Below, in pieces: positions 7,748 to 17,219 of a stretch of DNA of 32,000 nt. The notes beneath the pieces are model-generated. The model was not told where the DNA came from. It saw only the letters and a list, made by a program, of their open reading frames with translations, and searched no databases. Source of the DNA: Candidatus Saccharimonadota bacterium (GTDB lineage Bacteria; Bacteroidota; Bacteroidia; Cytophagales; Amoebophilaceae); assembly GCF_964030745.1 (NCBI RefSeq), contig NZ_OZ034918.1, forward strand, positions 900,001-932,000, read 5' to 3'. The translations under genes and the position numbers were made by a program. Every line of letters begins with the position of its first letter. Position 1 is the first letter of the stretch.

Positions 7748-9235
7748 TCAACTATTGAGTAGCCAATCTACTAGCAAGCGTACGCCAAAACCTGTGGCAC
7801 CTGCATTATAGTAGGACCAAGGTTTTTCTGTCCATACTGCACCAGCTATATCTAGATGGGCCCAAGCTGTTTTTTCAACAAATTGTTGCAAGAATAGCGC
7901 AGCTGTAATAGATCCAGCGCCTTTTTTGCTACCTGTATTGCGCATGTCTGCAACAATGGAATGCATATGCTCAAAATAAGCTGACTCTAATGGCATTTGC
8001 CAAATTTTTTCTCCTGTTCTTGGCGAAGCAGCCATCAAGCTATTGATCAGCTGTGCATCGGTGCCAAATATACCGGCCATACGCGTGCCCAGTGCAACTA
8101 CCATTGCACCTGTTAAAGTAGCTAGGTCGACAATGGCATCTACACCCAGCTTTTCTGCATAGACCAATGCATCTGCCAGGGTAAGCCTTCCTTCCGCATC
8201 TGTATTGTCTATTTCAATAGTCTTTCCATTGGAAGCAGTTACGATATCACCAGGCTTGGTAGCGTTCCCATTGATCATATTTTCTGTCGCAGCAATAATA
8301 AAATGAATCTCTTTATTGGGCTTAATAGCGCCAATAGCTTCTGCTGCGCCAAGCACCGCTGCTGCACCTGCCATATCATATTTCATTAACTCAATCTGAG
8401 CATTGCCTATTTTTAAGTTGAGCCCACCAGAATCGAAGGTAACGCCTTTTCCTATTAGCGCAATCTTGGCAGATGGAGGATTAGGTGATTTTGGCTTATA
8501 ACAGAGATGAATAAATTTAGGTGGCTGACTAGAACCTTGTGTAACGGAAAGGTAAGCCCCCATACCCAATCGTGCACAATCCTCTTTTTCTAAGATATTG
8601 AGCGTTAGATGGTGCCTTTGTGCCAATTCAGTGGCCGTTTCCGCCAACATGGAAGGGGTGACATGGTTGGCCGGAGCATTTACCAAATCTCTTGCCAAAT
8701 TGGCCCCTGTTATAATTTGTTGGGCTAGTTGAATGGTTTGGTCATCCTCTATGGCATTTAAAAGGTATACCTTTTTAAGGTGGGTGATTGTTGTATCCTT
8801 TTTGGATTTAAAACGTTCATCTAAATAGGCAGCAAGTAAGGTGCCTTCTGCAAAAGCTTTTAAATGGTTTTGTTGGGTTAATAGGGTGGCAAAATGGATT
8901 ACTACAGATGGACTGTGTAACTGGGCACATGTCCTATAAACTAGGCCTGCTGCTTGTCGAATGGTTTCCTGATCAATGGCTTCTTGTTTGCCTAGACCTA
9001 CCAGTATCACTTTACCTGCTGTATGGAAACAGTTGGCCGTAGCGGTCGTGCCTTGTTTGCCAGTAAACTGAGATTCTTTTATCAAAGGCATCAAGACGTC
9101 ATGATACAAAGGCTCACCAGTCAGATGGGTAGTGTCAGGTGTTGTATCATTCTTTTCAAAGATACCAAATGCATAACAACGCTGTTCTGCTTGCGAGGCT
9201 TTGCTGCTCAAAAATTGAAATTCAGGATATTGCAT
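7748..9235 (-). CDS. pepA: Leucyl aminopeptidase (M17 family)
   Basis: 495 aa. M17 signature NTDAEGRLTLADAL and metal-binding context GKGVTFDSGG. Confidence 0.94.
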   Translation of the reverse strand: MQYPEFQFLSSKASQAEQRCYAFGIFEKNDTTPDTTHLTGEPLYHDVLMPLIKESQFTGKQGTTATANCFHTAGKVILVGLGKQEAIDQETIRQAAGLVYRTCAQLHSPSVVIHFATLLTQQNHLKAFAEGTLLAAYLDERFKSKKDTTITHLKKVYLLNAIEDDQTIQLAQQIITGANLARDLVNAPANHVTPSMLAETATELAQRHHLTLNILEKEDCARLGMGAYLSVTQGSSQPPKFIHLCYKPKSPNPPSAKIALIGKGVTFDSGGLNLKIGNAQIELMKYDMAGAAAVLGAAEAIGAIKPNKEIHFIIAATENMINGNATKPGDIVTASNGKTIEIDNTDAEGRLTLADALVYAEKLGVDAIVDLATLTGAMVVALGTRMAGIFGTDAQLINSLMAASPRTGEKIWQMPLESAYFEHMHSIVADMRNTGSKKGAGSITAALFLQQFVEKTAWAHLDIAGAVWTEKPWSYYNAGATGFGVRLLVDWLLNS

Positions 9236-9388
9236 CGTAAGTAGTTGTTTTGAAGTGTTTGTAAATATTTTTTGTTTGTATGCCCAACGGTGTACAACAA
9301 GGTGTACACAAGAAATACCTCTCTAAATATAAGTAAATAATACAGAATAGATGGATGGTTACACGCTTGAAAATTGCACTTGGTTGTT

Positions 9389-9808
9389 TTATAGTGGCAA
9401 CTCATTCATGTCATCCTTTGCATATGGCCTGTTTGGTGGCGTATGATTGATTACATGGACACCTTCATTTTTGGCTTTATGGCCACCCAATAACACCAAC
9501 TGTTGCCCAATAATCTGTACAATATGTTTTTGGTGACCATCTTTATCTGTATAAAACCTATGGTTTAGTTTTCCTTCTATGTATACTTGTTCACCTTTGC
9601 TTAAATATTGCGCTGCAACTTCTGCCTGAGGGGTCCAGAGTACTACTTCGTGCCAATCTGTATGATTGACTTTTTCACCCTCTTTGGTTTTATAGCTATC
9701 ATGTGTAGCCAATGTAAGTTGTACCCGCATGCGCCCATTTTCTAAATGGTGTATGGTTGGATCTTTACCCAGATTGCCCAGAATGATTACTTTATTAACG
9801 GTTGCCAT
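9389..9808 (-). CDS. ssb: Single-stranded DNA-binding protein
   Basis: 139 aa. OB-fold N-terminus MATVNKVIILGNLGKDP...TDWHEVVLW and an acidic C-terminal tip DDMNELPL. Confidence 0.92.
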   Translation of the reverse strand: MATVNKVIILGNLGKDPTIHHLENGRMRVQLTLATHDSYKTKEGEKVNHTDWHEVVLWTPQAEVAAQYLSKGEQVYIEGKLNHRFYTDKDGHQKHIVQIIGQQLVLLGGHKAKNEGVHVINHTPPNRPYAKDDMNELPL

Positions 9809-9823
9809 ATCGATGCTTTACAA

Positions 9824-9972
9824 AGACTTCTTTGGAAATGCTACTTCTGCTGGTAATTTGCACGTCGATCCGGATCCGGTGCTTAAAGCCTCACGTACAT
9901 CTAGTACGCTGCGGTTTTGCGTTCCGTGTCTCCTACAAATTCTTGAGCATAAGCGCGTTTCGAAAGCAGTCT
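9824..9972. repeat. Divergent copy of the 144-bp palindromic element family (family P)
   Basis: Termini AGACTTCTTTGGAAATGC / GCGTTTCGAAAGCAGTCT are inverted repeats. The interior shares blocks with 19466-19609 and 27561-27704 (ACATCTAGTA..CTGCGGT, CTCCTA.AAATT). Confidence 0.65.
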
Positions 9973-10074
9973 AATGGCTAATTATTTATGAGCAATCTAA
10001 GCTATTCATACCTACTTTGCAAGCGGGTTGCGTTACTGTTTTGCAAGAGGCCTAATGAATGTTTTGGGGTTTAT

Positions 10075-11469
10075 TTATAGGCCAGCTTCAACTCTTTTTA
10101 GAAGGGTATGGGCAATAAGGAATCCTTTATCTCTTCTTACCTCAAGAGAACGTTTGATGATAAAGGTGAGCAGTTGGGTGGGGTGTAGCCCAATTTCTGC
10201 TGCTTGATGGAATAAAAAGGAAGCGGGATTCATGCCGGCTGTAGTATTGGGATCGTTTAAAATGATTTGATTTTCATTGGTAATAAAACCATCTATACGG
10301 GCATATACTTGACACTCCAGTAGTTGGAACAAGGTGGCTGCTTTTTTACGAATGGCATCCAGCAGGGGGGCAGACAATACCATAGGGGTTTGTTTTCGTA
10401 CAATACCAGGCAGGTATTTTGCTCTATAGTCAAAATGCAGTTTTCCTTTTAGGATTTCAGTTGGTGGCAGCGCAATGGGTTTGCCTTTTTCTGCTTCTAA
10501 TACAATACAAGAAAATTCCCGGCCTTCTATAAAGGCTTCTATAATGATGGCTTCTTCTGCTTGGGCACTTATTAATACAATTGCATCTTGTTTTGTTTGA
10601 AAATAAATTTCTATATGGTCTAGTAAGTCGTGAGGGGTGTAGAACAGTTGATCTTCTATCCATAAGGGAAATCCTATGCCTTCGCGTACATCTATAAGGT
10701 TATTGAACCAATCTTTTTTGCCAGCTGGTGTATAGCTTTTCCAGCGCTCATAGCCTATTGTTTCGATAAAAAATGCTTTGTCAACAGCAGTGGAAAAGGA
10801 ATGCAGTGCACGGTTGTGCACAATGGTGACCCCTACAGAGGAGCCTTGCCTGCTGCTTTTCACAACAAAAGGCAGGCCAATGGTAGCGATGATTTGATCT
10901 AGTAGCTTGCCTGTATCTTTCCTGTTTAGCCATTCTTTTTGTGTTAAAATGCAAGAAGGGGGGGCTACAAAACCTGCATTTTTCAATAGTTTGTGTTGAC
11001 ATATTTTATGGATTCCCAGTGCAGCGGGTAATATATCAGATCCTGTATAAGGCACTTGGTACCACTCTAGTAGCCCTTGAATCGTTCCATCTTCTCCGAA
11101 AGGGCCATGCAAGCAGAGAAAAGCCATATCGAAGTATTTTGAAAAATCAGCAGGCTCTATTTTTTTTCCTATTTTTACAGCTTCATAATTCAGGGGAATA
11201 GGTAGTGATTCTATGTAAAGGGGAATTCCCCCAAAACTGGCTTCAGGAGTAGCTGGATAAAATTCTCGAATGGTACCCTGGTAAAGGTATTGTTTATGAA
11301 GGAGGATAAAATTTCCCAGGCTATCTACAAAAATAGGGACTGGTTCAAATATTTTCCGATCCAGGTGGTCGTAAACGGTACGTCCGCCTGCAAAAGAGAT
11401 TTCCCGTTCTCTGGACTGCCCGCCAAAAAATACCCCTACTCTAATGGGAGATGATAAACAATTATGCAT
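10075..11469 (-). CDS. ddl: D-alanine--D-alanine ligase family ATP-grasp enzyme, long form
   Basis: 464 aa. Ddl-like motifs FFGGQSREREISFAGG, LHGPFGEDGTIQGLLE, PFVVKSSRQGSSVGV and ARIDGF...LNDPNTTAGM. It is about 100 aa longer than typical Ddl because of two inserts. Confidence 0.8.
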   Translation of the reverse strand: MHNCLSSPIRVGVFFGGQSREREISFAGGRTVYDHLDRKIFEPVPIFVDSLGNFILLHKQYLYQGTIREFYPATPEASFGGIPLYIESLPIPLNYEAVKIGKKIEPADFSKYFDMAFLCLHGPFGEDGTIQGLLEWYQVPYTGSDILPAALGIHKICQHKLLKNAGFVAPPSCILTQKEWLNRKDTGKLLDQIIATIGLPFVVKSSRQGSSVGVTIVHNRALHSFSTAVDKAFFIETIGYERWKSYTPAGKKDWFNNLIDVREGIGFPLWIEDQLFYTPHDLLDHIEIYFQTKQDAIVLISAQAEEAIIIEAFIEGREFSCIVLEAEKGKPIALPPTEILKGKLHFDYRAKYLPGIVRKQTPMVLSAPLLDAIRKKAATLFQLLECQVYARIDGFITNENQIILNDPNTTAGMNPASFLFHQAAEIGLHPTQLLTFIIKRSLEVRRDKGFLIAHTLLKRVEAGL

Positions 11470-11506
11470 GAAAAAGGAATGTATATCCTACTTTTAGCCC
11501 TATCCT

Positions 11507-12772
11507 TTACGCCATCTTTTTTAATGCACCCCCTTGCCCCTGCTTTTCTGCTTGTCTAAGCAGCTCCAATCGTGTTCTACTGAGTTGCTCTAATGCATAC
11601 TGCTTATCAATAACCAATGTTTGTTGATCTTTTAGGGATGGAGCAGTATACATTGCCTCCCCCATAATGGTTTCACAGATAGAACGGAGCCCCCTGGCAC
11701 CAAGTTTTAGAGATATAGCTTGTTCCGAAATAAAATCAAGCGTTTCTTCTGTAAAGGTTAGGGTAATGCCATCTATTGCGAACAACTTAGTGTACTGCTT
11801 TACCAATGCATTTTTAGGTTCTGTAAGAATGCGGCGCAGGTCAGACTTTGTAAGTGGTTCCAACCCTTTTATAACCGGAAGACGGCCTACTAGTTCAGGA
11901 ATAAGCCCATATCCTTTTATATCTGAGGCAGAAACATACTTAAGCATATCTTTGTCCTCTATTTTGGCACTGCGTTTTGCACAAAATTCAAACCCTATGC
12001 TATTAAAATTGATGCGATTGCTAATGGTTCTGGAGATACCATCAAAGGCACCCCCGCAAATAAATAAAATCTTTTCTGTATTAACAGCTGTTAACTTCTG
12101 ATCTGGATGTTTTCTTCCACCATGTGGCGGCGCATTGACAATAGAGCCCTCTAATAATTTTAGTAAAGATTGCTGGACCCCTTCACCACTTACATCTCGG
12201 GTAATGGATGGATTGTCTCCTTTACGTGCAATTTTATCGATTTCATCTACATAGACAATCCCCCGTTCAGCTGCAGTTACTTCATAATTAGCAGCATGCA
12301 ACAAACGACTGATAATACTTTCCACATCCTCCCCAACATAACCTGCTTCTGTTAAAACGGTTGCATCTATAATACAGAAGGGCACCTCTAGCATCTGTGC
12401 TAAAGTACGGACCAAATAGGTTTTACCTGTACCTGTTTCGCCAACCAACAAGATATTCGACTTTTCAATCACCACGTCATCTTCTATACTTGCTGGGTGG
12501 GCCAGACGTTTATAGTGGTTGTAAACAGCAATCGATAATGCTTTTTTAGCCTCTTCTTGCCCAATCACATATTCATCTAGATAGGCTTTAATTTCCTTTG
12601 GTCGTAATAGATTAACCGGTTTGATATCATTGATAACGTTATCCTCCTTTTGGAGTTGAATAATCTGTGCAGCTTGTGTCACACATTGGTCACAAATACG
12701 CCCCTCTGGACCAGTTACCATCATGCTGACTATCTCACTAGCTTTTTTACAAAAAGAACAATGTGTTTTCAT
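11507..12772 (-). CDS. clpX: ATP-dependent Clp protease ATP-binding subunit ClpX
   Basis: 421 aa. N-terminal C4 zinc finger (CSFCKK...CDQCV) and Walker [11 protein letters not shown]. It lies directly downstream of clpP. Confidence 0.97.
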   Translation of the reverse strand: MKTHCSFCKKASEIVSMMVTGPEGRICDQCVTQAAQIIQLQKEDNVINDIKPVNLLRPKEIKAYLDEYVIGQEEAKKALSIAVYNHYKRLAHPASIEDDVVIEKSNILLVGETGTGKTYLVRTLAQMLEVPFCIIDATVLTEAGYVGEDVESIISRLLHAANYEVTAAERGIVYVDEIDKIARKGDNPSITRDVSGEGVQQSLLKLLEGSIVNAPPHGGRKHPDQKLTAVNTEKILFICGGAFDGISRTISNRINFNSIGFEFCAKRSAKIEDKDMLKYVSASDIKGYGLIPELVGRLPVIKGLEPLTKSDLRRILTEPKNALVKQYTKLFAIDGITLTFTEETLDFISEQAISLKLGARGLRSICETIMGEAMYTAPSLKDQQTLVIDKQYALEQLSRTRLELLRQAEKQGQGGALKKMA

Positions 12773-12791
12773 AATGGTAATAATTGCATGA

Positions 12792-13469
12792 TTAATGTTT
12801 TTGCTCTTGCCCTAAGACAGAGTCAATGACTCCATATTCTTTGGCCTCGTTTGCGCGCATCCAATAATCCCTATCTGAGTGGCGCTCTATAGAAGCATAA
12901 TCCTGACCGGTATGCTTAGATAAAATATTATAAATATCTTTTTTAATTTCAATGATTTGCTGTATGGTAATTTCCATATCTGCAGCTGTTCCTTTAGCGC
13001 CTCCTAGTGGCTGGTGAATCATAATTCTGGCATGTGGTAGGGAGGAGCGTTTATTTGGAGCTCCTCCAGCCAATAGCACAGCAGCCATAGAAGCGGCAAG
13101 TCCTGTGCAAATGGTGGCTACATCAGGCGAAATATATTGCATGGTATCATAAATACCTAAACCAGGGTATACAGACCCTCCTGGACTGTTGATGTAGAGC
13201 AAGATATCTTTTTTAGCATCAACAGACTGCAAAAAGAGCAACTGTGCAATGATAATATTGGCAATATTGTCATCCACTTGTGTGCCCAGAAAAATGATTC
13301 TGTCCATGATCAGTCTGGAGAAGACATCCACTTCTCTAAAGTGGGCAGACCGTTGCTCAATGACCGAGCGTGTCATGTTTTCAACATCTGATATATAGTT
13401 ATGAACTTGTAAACCAGTTGCATAACCGTTTTTTACTGCAAATTTTTCAAATTCTTTTTGATCTAACAT
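12792..13469 (-). CDS. clpP: ATP-dependent Clp protease proteolytic subunit ClpP
   Basis: 225 aa. Catalytic contexts [11 protein letters not shown] (Ser), IMIHQPLGG (His) and RDYWM (Asp). Confidence 0.97.
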   Translation of the reverse strand: MLDQKEFEKFAVKNGYATGLQVHNYISDVENMTRSVIEQRSAHFREVDVFSRLIMDRIIFLGTQVDDNIANIIIAQLLFLQSVDAKKDILLYINSPGGSVYPGLGIYDTMQYISPDVATICTGLAASMAAVLLAGGAPNKRSSLPHARIMIHQPLGGAKGTAADMEITIQQIIEIKKDIYNILSKHTGQDYASIERHSDRDYWMRANEAKEYGVIDSVLGQEQKH

Positions 13470-13582
13470 AGGTAATATGGCGGGTAAAGTATATCCTGGC
13501 TTCTACACAGGTAGTTTTTTGGAAAGGTAGTACAAAATACTGTATTAACCAAATCTATACTTGGATTTTGGTCTAAAGTCGT

Positions 13583-14557
13583 CTAGAGGTTGAGTTTCGA
13601 AAGGGGGCTATTTGGTTTTGGTGCTAAAGTAGCAGGTGGTTGCCATGAGCCTATGATCTGGTTAATATGGCTTTGTACTTGTGGCAAGTCATATGGCCCA
13701 AACCAGCTTATATTTTTATCTTTTTTAAACCAAGTCATTTGTTTTTTTGCATACTGTTTGGTGTGGGTTTTGATATGGTTGATTGCGGTTGTTAAACTAT
13801 ATGCGCCATCCATGTAGCCAAATAATTCTTTATAGCCCAATGTTTGTAAGGCATTGGTTGTTTTGTAGGGATATAATTTTTCAGCTTCTTGCAGCAATCC
13901 TTGTTCCATCATAGCATCGACACGCAGGTCAATCCGTTTGTGTAGCAGTGGGTTGTCTTGGGCAAGGCCTATGGTAATGATGTTAAATGGTCTGATTGCT
14001 TTGGCTGGTTTGCGTAGCGTAGAATAGGGTTGTCCTGTACCTAGGCAGACTTCTAATGCTCTGATGACTCTGTTGGGATTGTGCAGGTCTACTATGTTAT
14101 AGTAATTGGGGTCTTTTTCTGCCAGCAGCTGGGTCAGGTAGGGGAGCCCTTTTTCGGCCAAATGGGTGTTTAGAGTGGCGCGTAGGCTAGGAGATAGGGG
14201 GGGGATTTCAGCTAATCCTTCGCAAAGTGCCTTTAGATAAAGTCCGGAGCCACCCGTTGCGATTACTATATCTTGATGGGTAAACAGCGTGTCAAGCTTC
14301 TGTAAGGCTTCTTGAGCAAATCTACCAGCTGTGTAGGTTGCTTGAATGGGCAAGAAGGCTAAAAAATGGTGGGGGATGCCTTTCATTTCAGCTTGAGTAG
14401 GTTGTGCGCTGCCAATTACTAGGTCACGATAAAATTGTCTGGAATCAGCTGATAGAATCTCTGTTTGCAGTGTTTCAGCCAGTTGAATGGAAAGCGCAGT
14501 CTTTCCTATAGCGGTTGGGCCAACTATAACGATTAAATGTTTACGCTTGGTTGGCAT
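13583..14557 (-). CDS. miaA: tRNA dimethylallyltransferase
   Basis: 324 aa. P-loop GPTAIGKT, DSRQFYRDL and IATGGSGLYLKAL motifs typical of MiaA. Confidence 0.94.
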   Translation of the reverse strand: MPTKRKHLIVIVGPTAIGKTALSIQLAETLQTEILSADSRQFYRDLVIGSAQPTQAEMKGIPHHFLAFLPIQATYTAGRFAQEALQKLDTLFTHQDIVIATGGSGLYLKALCEGLAEIPPLSPSLRATLNTHLAEKGLPYLTQLLAEKDPNYYNIVDLHNPNRVIRALEVCLGTGQPYSTLRKPAKAIRPFNIITIGLAQDNPLLHKRIDLRVDAMMEQGLLQEAEKLYPYKTTNALQTLGYKELFGYMDGAYSLTTAINHIKTHTKQYAKKQMTWFKKDKNISWFGPYDLPQVQSHINQIIGSWQPPATLAPKPNSPLSKLNL

Positions 14558-15008
14558 CTTTCTCGTCTTCCTTGTCTTCTTCGTCTTCCTTTTTTTCCTC
14601 GTCGTTGTTGTCTTTAGTTACTGGTTGCGGAACAGGTCTCTGTATGATGGTATTATTAGATCCTATCACTGTAATTCCATCAGGATTGTCTAAGGTGATG
14701 GTTATAGATGTGTGCTCATCAGCTGGTGTATTTTTTTTATTATCTGGTGTGCTATCATCTGGAGCTTTTATGCTTTTGTTGGTCTGTATTGCTTCATCAG
14801 TTTGGTTGACCTCAATGGTATTGTACTGCCCCACGCATACAACCGTACCCTTTGATGTAATGTTTACAGATCGGTTGCTATTTTTTTTCTGATTTTCTGG
14901 ACGGGGCTCGGGTAATTCCATTTTGGGTCTGATCTCATTGTCACATGCGCCTGCTATTAAGAAAGTAAAGCAAAAATATATTTTTAGTATAAATTTCGTG
15001 GTATGCAT
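14541..15008 (-). CDS. Orphan lipoprotein, short paralog of 17216-18397, with an acidic E/D/K-rich tail
   Basis: 155 aa. Signal peptide with lipobox FLIAGAC. GxxNTI motifs (VCVGQYNTIEV, VIGSNNTIIQ) are shared with the paralog. The 3' end overlaps the miaA start by 17 nt. Confidence 0.7.
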   Translation of the reverse strand: MHTTKFILKIYFCFTFLIAGACDNEIRPKMELPEPRPENQKKNSNRSVNITSKGTVVCVGQYNTIEVNQTDEAIQTNKSIKAPDDSTPDNKKNTPADEHTSITITLDNPDGITVIGSNNTIIQRPVPQPVTKDNNDEEKKEDEEDKEDEKDANQA

Positions 15009-15261
15009 TGCACTAAATATTATTGGTCAAGGCGCTTGGTTGGTAAATTCTTATTTTTTTTGATTTTTAAAGCTTTTTGCTCTAAATGTTTATTGCTATG
15101 GCTGAATCTACATAGACCTTCGTTAGAAGGTCAGACTATAGCATGTCATTGGCCAATTTTAAGAAATTGGCCAATCTTTCCTTTGCAAACTTACAAAAAT
15201 ATTCCATATCATCCTTTTATCTTTTGATCGTTTAGATTGGGTATGGTTCAGAGACAGAACT

Positions 15262-16023
15262 CTATTTTAGTTGTGCTATCTGCTTAATGGATAAGCCAGT
15301 AATACGTATAATCTTTTCTACTGAGTCTCTTTCTTTTAGCATAGCTTTAGCAATTTCCAGTTTTTCTTCTAGTTTTCCCTCTAGCTTTCCTGCTAGTCGC
15401 GCTTTCTTTTCAGCTTTCTCTATTGTATTGGCTTCTATTCTGAGCCATTTCAAGTGATCTTCATAAGCCATCCTTTCCTCATCGGTAAAGTTCATCGTCT
15501 CTAAAACATGCAATGCCTTTTTTAGGCTGTCGTTATTCAAGGGTTGAGGTAAGTTATCTTTGTTGAGTAGGTCGTTGCGGGTAAGAAAAGCAGTCCAAAT
15601 GTCTAATCCATTTTTTACCTTTGCCAATAAGGTTTTTAGATCTTCATTGGGATCGTTGCTGAATTTAATCAGCTCTATGGTATGCAATTCTAAATCGGTA
15701 AAATAAGGCAGCCCACTCTCTTTTTCTTTTATATGAAATACATTATGATACTTATCTGCACCGACAATAGAAGTAAAGTTCAATATATGAATCCCTATTG
15801 CTTTATTAAGGGTATCATATCCTGCTCCAGTTTTTAACTGTTCTGTATACAGCTTAGCCCAGTAATATAAGGCACGCTTATCATAATCTGATTCATCTGT
15901 GATTTGGATCTCTATATTAAACCTTTTGCCTGTTTCTCCTACTGCTTTTATATCTAATATAGAAAGTTTATCTGTTCTAAAATTTTTTGGGTTATAGGGA
16001 TTTAGTAGGGTAACATCTACCAC
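15262..16023 (-). CDS. Rpn/YhgA-like (TIGR01784-type, PD-(D/E)XK) recombination-promoting nuclease / putative transposase, apparently 5'-truncated by the adjacent IS
   Basis: 253 aa from a GTG start. Core KLSILDIKAVGETGKRFNIEIQI...RALYYWAKLY is typical of the family, but the usual N-terminal 50 or so residues are missing. The reading frame runs into the IS inverted repeat at 16031. Confidence 0.7.
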   Translation of the reverse strand: MVDVTLLNPYNPKNFRTDKLSILDIKAVGETGKRFNIEIQITDESDYDKRALYYWAKLYTEQLKTGAGYDTLNKAIGIHILNFTSIVGADKYHNVFHIKEKESGLPYFTDLELHTIELIKFSNDPNEDLKTLLAKVKNGLDIWTAFLTRNDLLNKDNLPQPLNNDSLKKALHVLETMNFTDEERMAYEDHLKWLRIEANTIEKAEKKARLAGKLEGKLEEKLEIAKAMLKERDSVEKIIRITGLSIKQIAQLK

Positions 16024-16030
16024 TTGATCT

Positions 16031-17219
16031 TGTAGTAGTTGATATTTAATCTGACAGGCAGTAAAAATTAGACTGTATAGATGTCAGTTAAGTTTAGTTT
16101 GTCAGGTATGCTCTTAAGATACGCGATTTGATTATTTTTTTCAAAGGCTAGTTTTTTACTATCTTCCCAAGTTTGTATAGGCGTTTTACCGTAACAGTAC
16201 TTTCCAGAATGTGGTCGCTCATGATTATAATAATGTAACCAGCTATCTAAATCTTGTTTCAAGACATCCAGGTCTGTATAGATCTTCTTACGCATAGCTG
16301 TATCAAAGAATTCCTGTTTCATCGTTTTATTAAACCGCTCACAGAACCCGTTGGTTTGCGGTGAATAGGCTTTAGTAACAGTATGTTCTATGCCTTCTAT
16401 GCTTAAAAACAACTCAAAGGCATGATGCTCTATTTTACCTTTATACTCAGTACCACGATCTGTTAGAATGCGCAAGAGGGGTATGCTTTGTTCTTGATAC
16501 CAAGGCAATACTCTATCATTTAACATATCAGCAGCTGTCAAGGCTGTCTTATCAGTATAGAGTTTTGCATGAGCTACCCGAGAATAACTATCTATAAATA
16601 CTTGCGTATAAACCTTACCTATCCCTTTAAAGTTACCAACGTAATAAGTATCTTGACAGCCTAAATAACCAGGGTGTTCTGTATCTATTTCTCCACATGC
16701 TTCTTGTTCATGCTTACGTTTTTCTAATGCGGATAGCTGAGATTCCGTTAAAACAAGGCCATCTTGAGCCATTTTAGCTTCTAAGGCTTTAAGACGTTTT
16801 TTTATATTATTTAAGTCATTACGTAACCAGATAGACCTGACACCGCCAGGAGAGACCAGGATACCTTGTTGCTTTAGTTCATTAGATACTCTAAGCTGGC
16901 CATAGGCTGGATAATCTATCGCCATATCTACTACTGCTTTTTCTATACTAGGATCTACTCTATTAGCCATAATCGGCTTCCTACGGCTTATCTCTTGTAA
17001 AGCCTCTTGACCGCCTGTTTCATACAAGGCTTTGAAGCGATAATAGCTATCTCTACTATAACCCATAGTTTTACACGCCGATGAAATGTTCCCCAACGTT
17101 TTTGCTAGCTCCAATAAGCCTACTTTCGGCTTGATGATTTTTTGATGTAAATTCATAATAGTAGTCGGTATTTATATCAACACAAATTAATAAATGTCAG
17201 ATTAAATATCAACTACTAC
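16031..17219 (-). mobile_element. IS481-family insertion sequence, 1189 bp, perfect 26-bp terminal inverted repeats, no flanking target-site duplication
   Basis: TGTAGTAGTTGATATTTAATCTGACA (16031-16056) is the exact reverse complement of 17194-17219. TGT...ACA tips. A single DDE (rve) transposase ORF lies inside. Confidence 0.92.
16068..17156 (-). CDS. IS481-family DDE transposase (integrase core domain)
   Basis: 362 aa. N-terminal HTH region. DDE contexts [19 protein letters not shown] and [14 protein letters not shown]. Confidence 0.93.
   Translation of the reverse strand: MNLHQKIIKPKVGLLELAKTLGNISSACKTMGYSRDSYYRFKALYETGGQEALQEISRRKPIMANRVDPSIEKAVVDMAIDYPAYGQLRVSNELKQQGILVSPGGVRSIWLRNDLNNIKKRLKALEAKMAQDGLVLTESQLSALEKRKHEQEACGEIDTEHPGYLGCQDTYYVGNFKGIGKVYTQVFIDSYSRVAHAKLYTDKTALTAADMLNDRVLPWYQEQSIPLLRILTDRGTEYKGKIEHHAFELFLSIEGIEHTVTKAYSPQTNGFCERFNKTMKQEFFDTAMRKKIYTDLDVLKQDLDSWLHYYNHERPHSGKYCYGKTPIQTWEDSKKLAFEKNNQIAYLKSIPDKLNLTDIYTV

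Noticed and set aside
9208-9405. ORF 9208-9405(-), 65 aa, between ssb and pepA
   Set aside because: It overlaps the ends of both neighbouring genes and has no motif support. It is more likely the pepA promoter or leader region.
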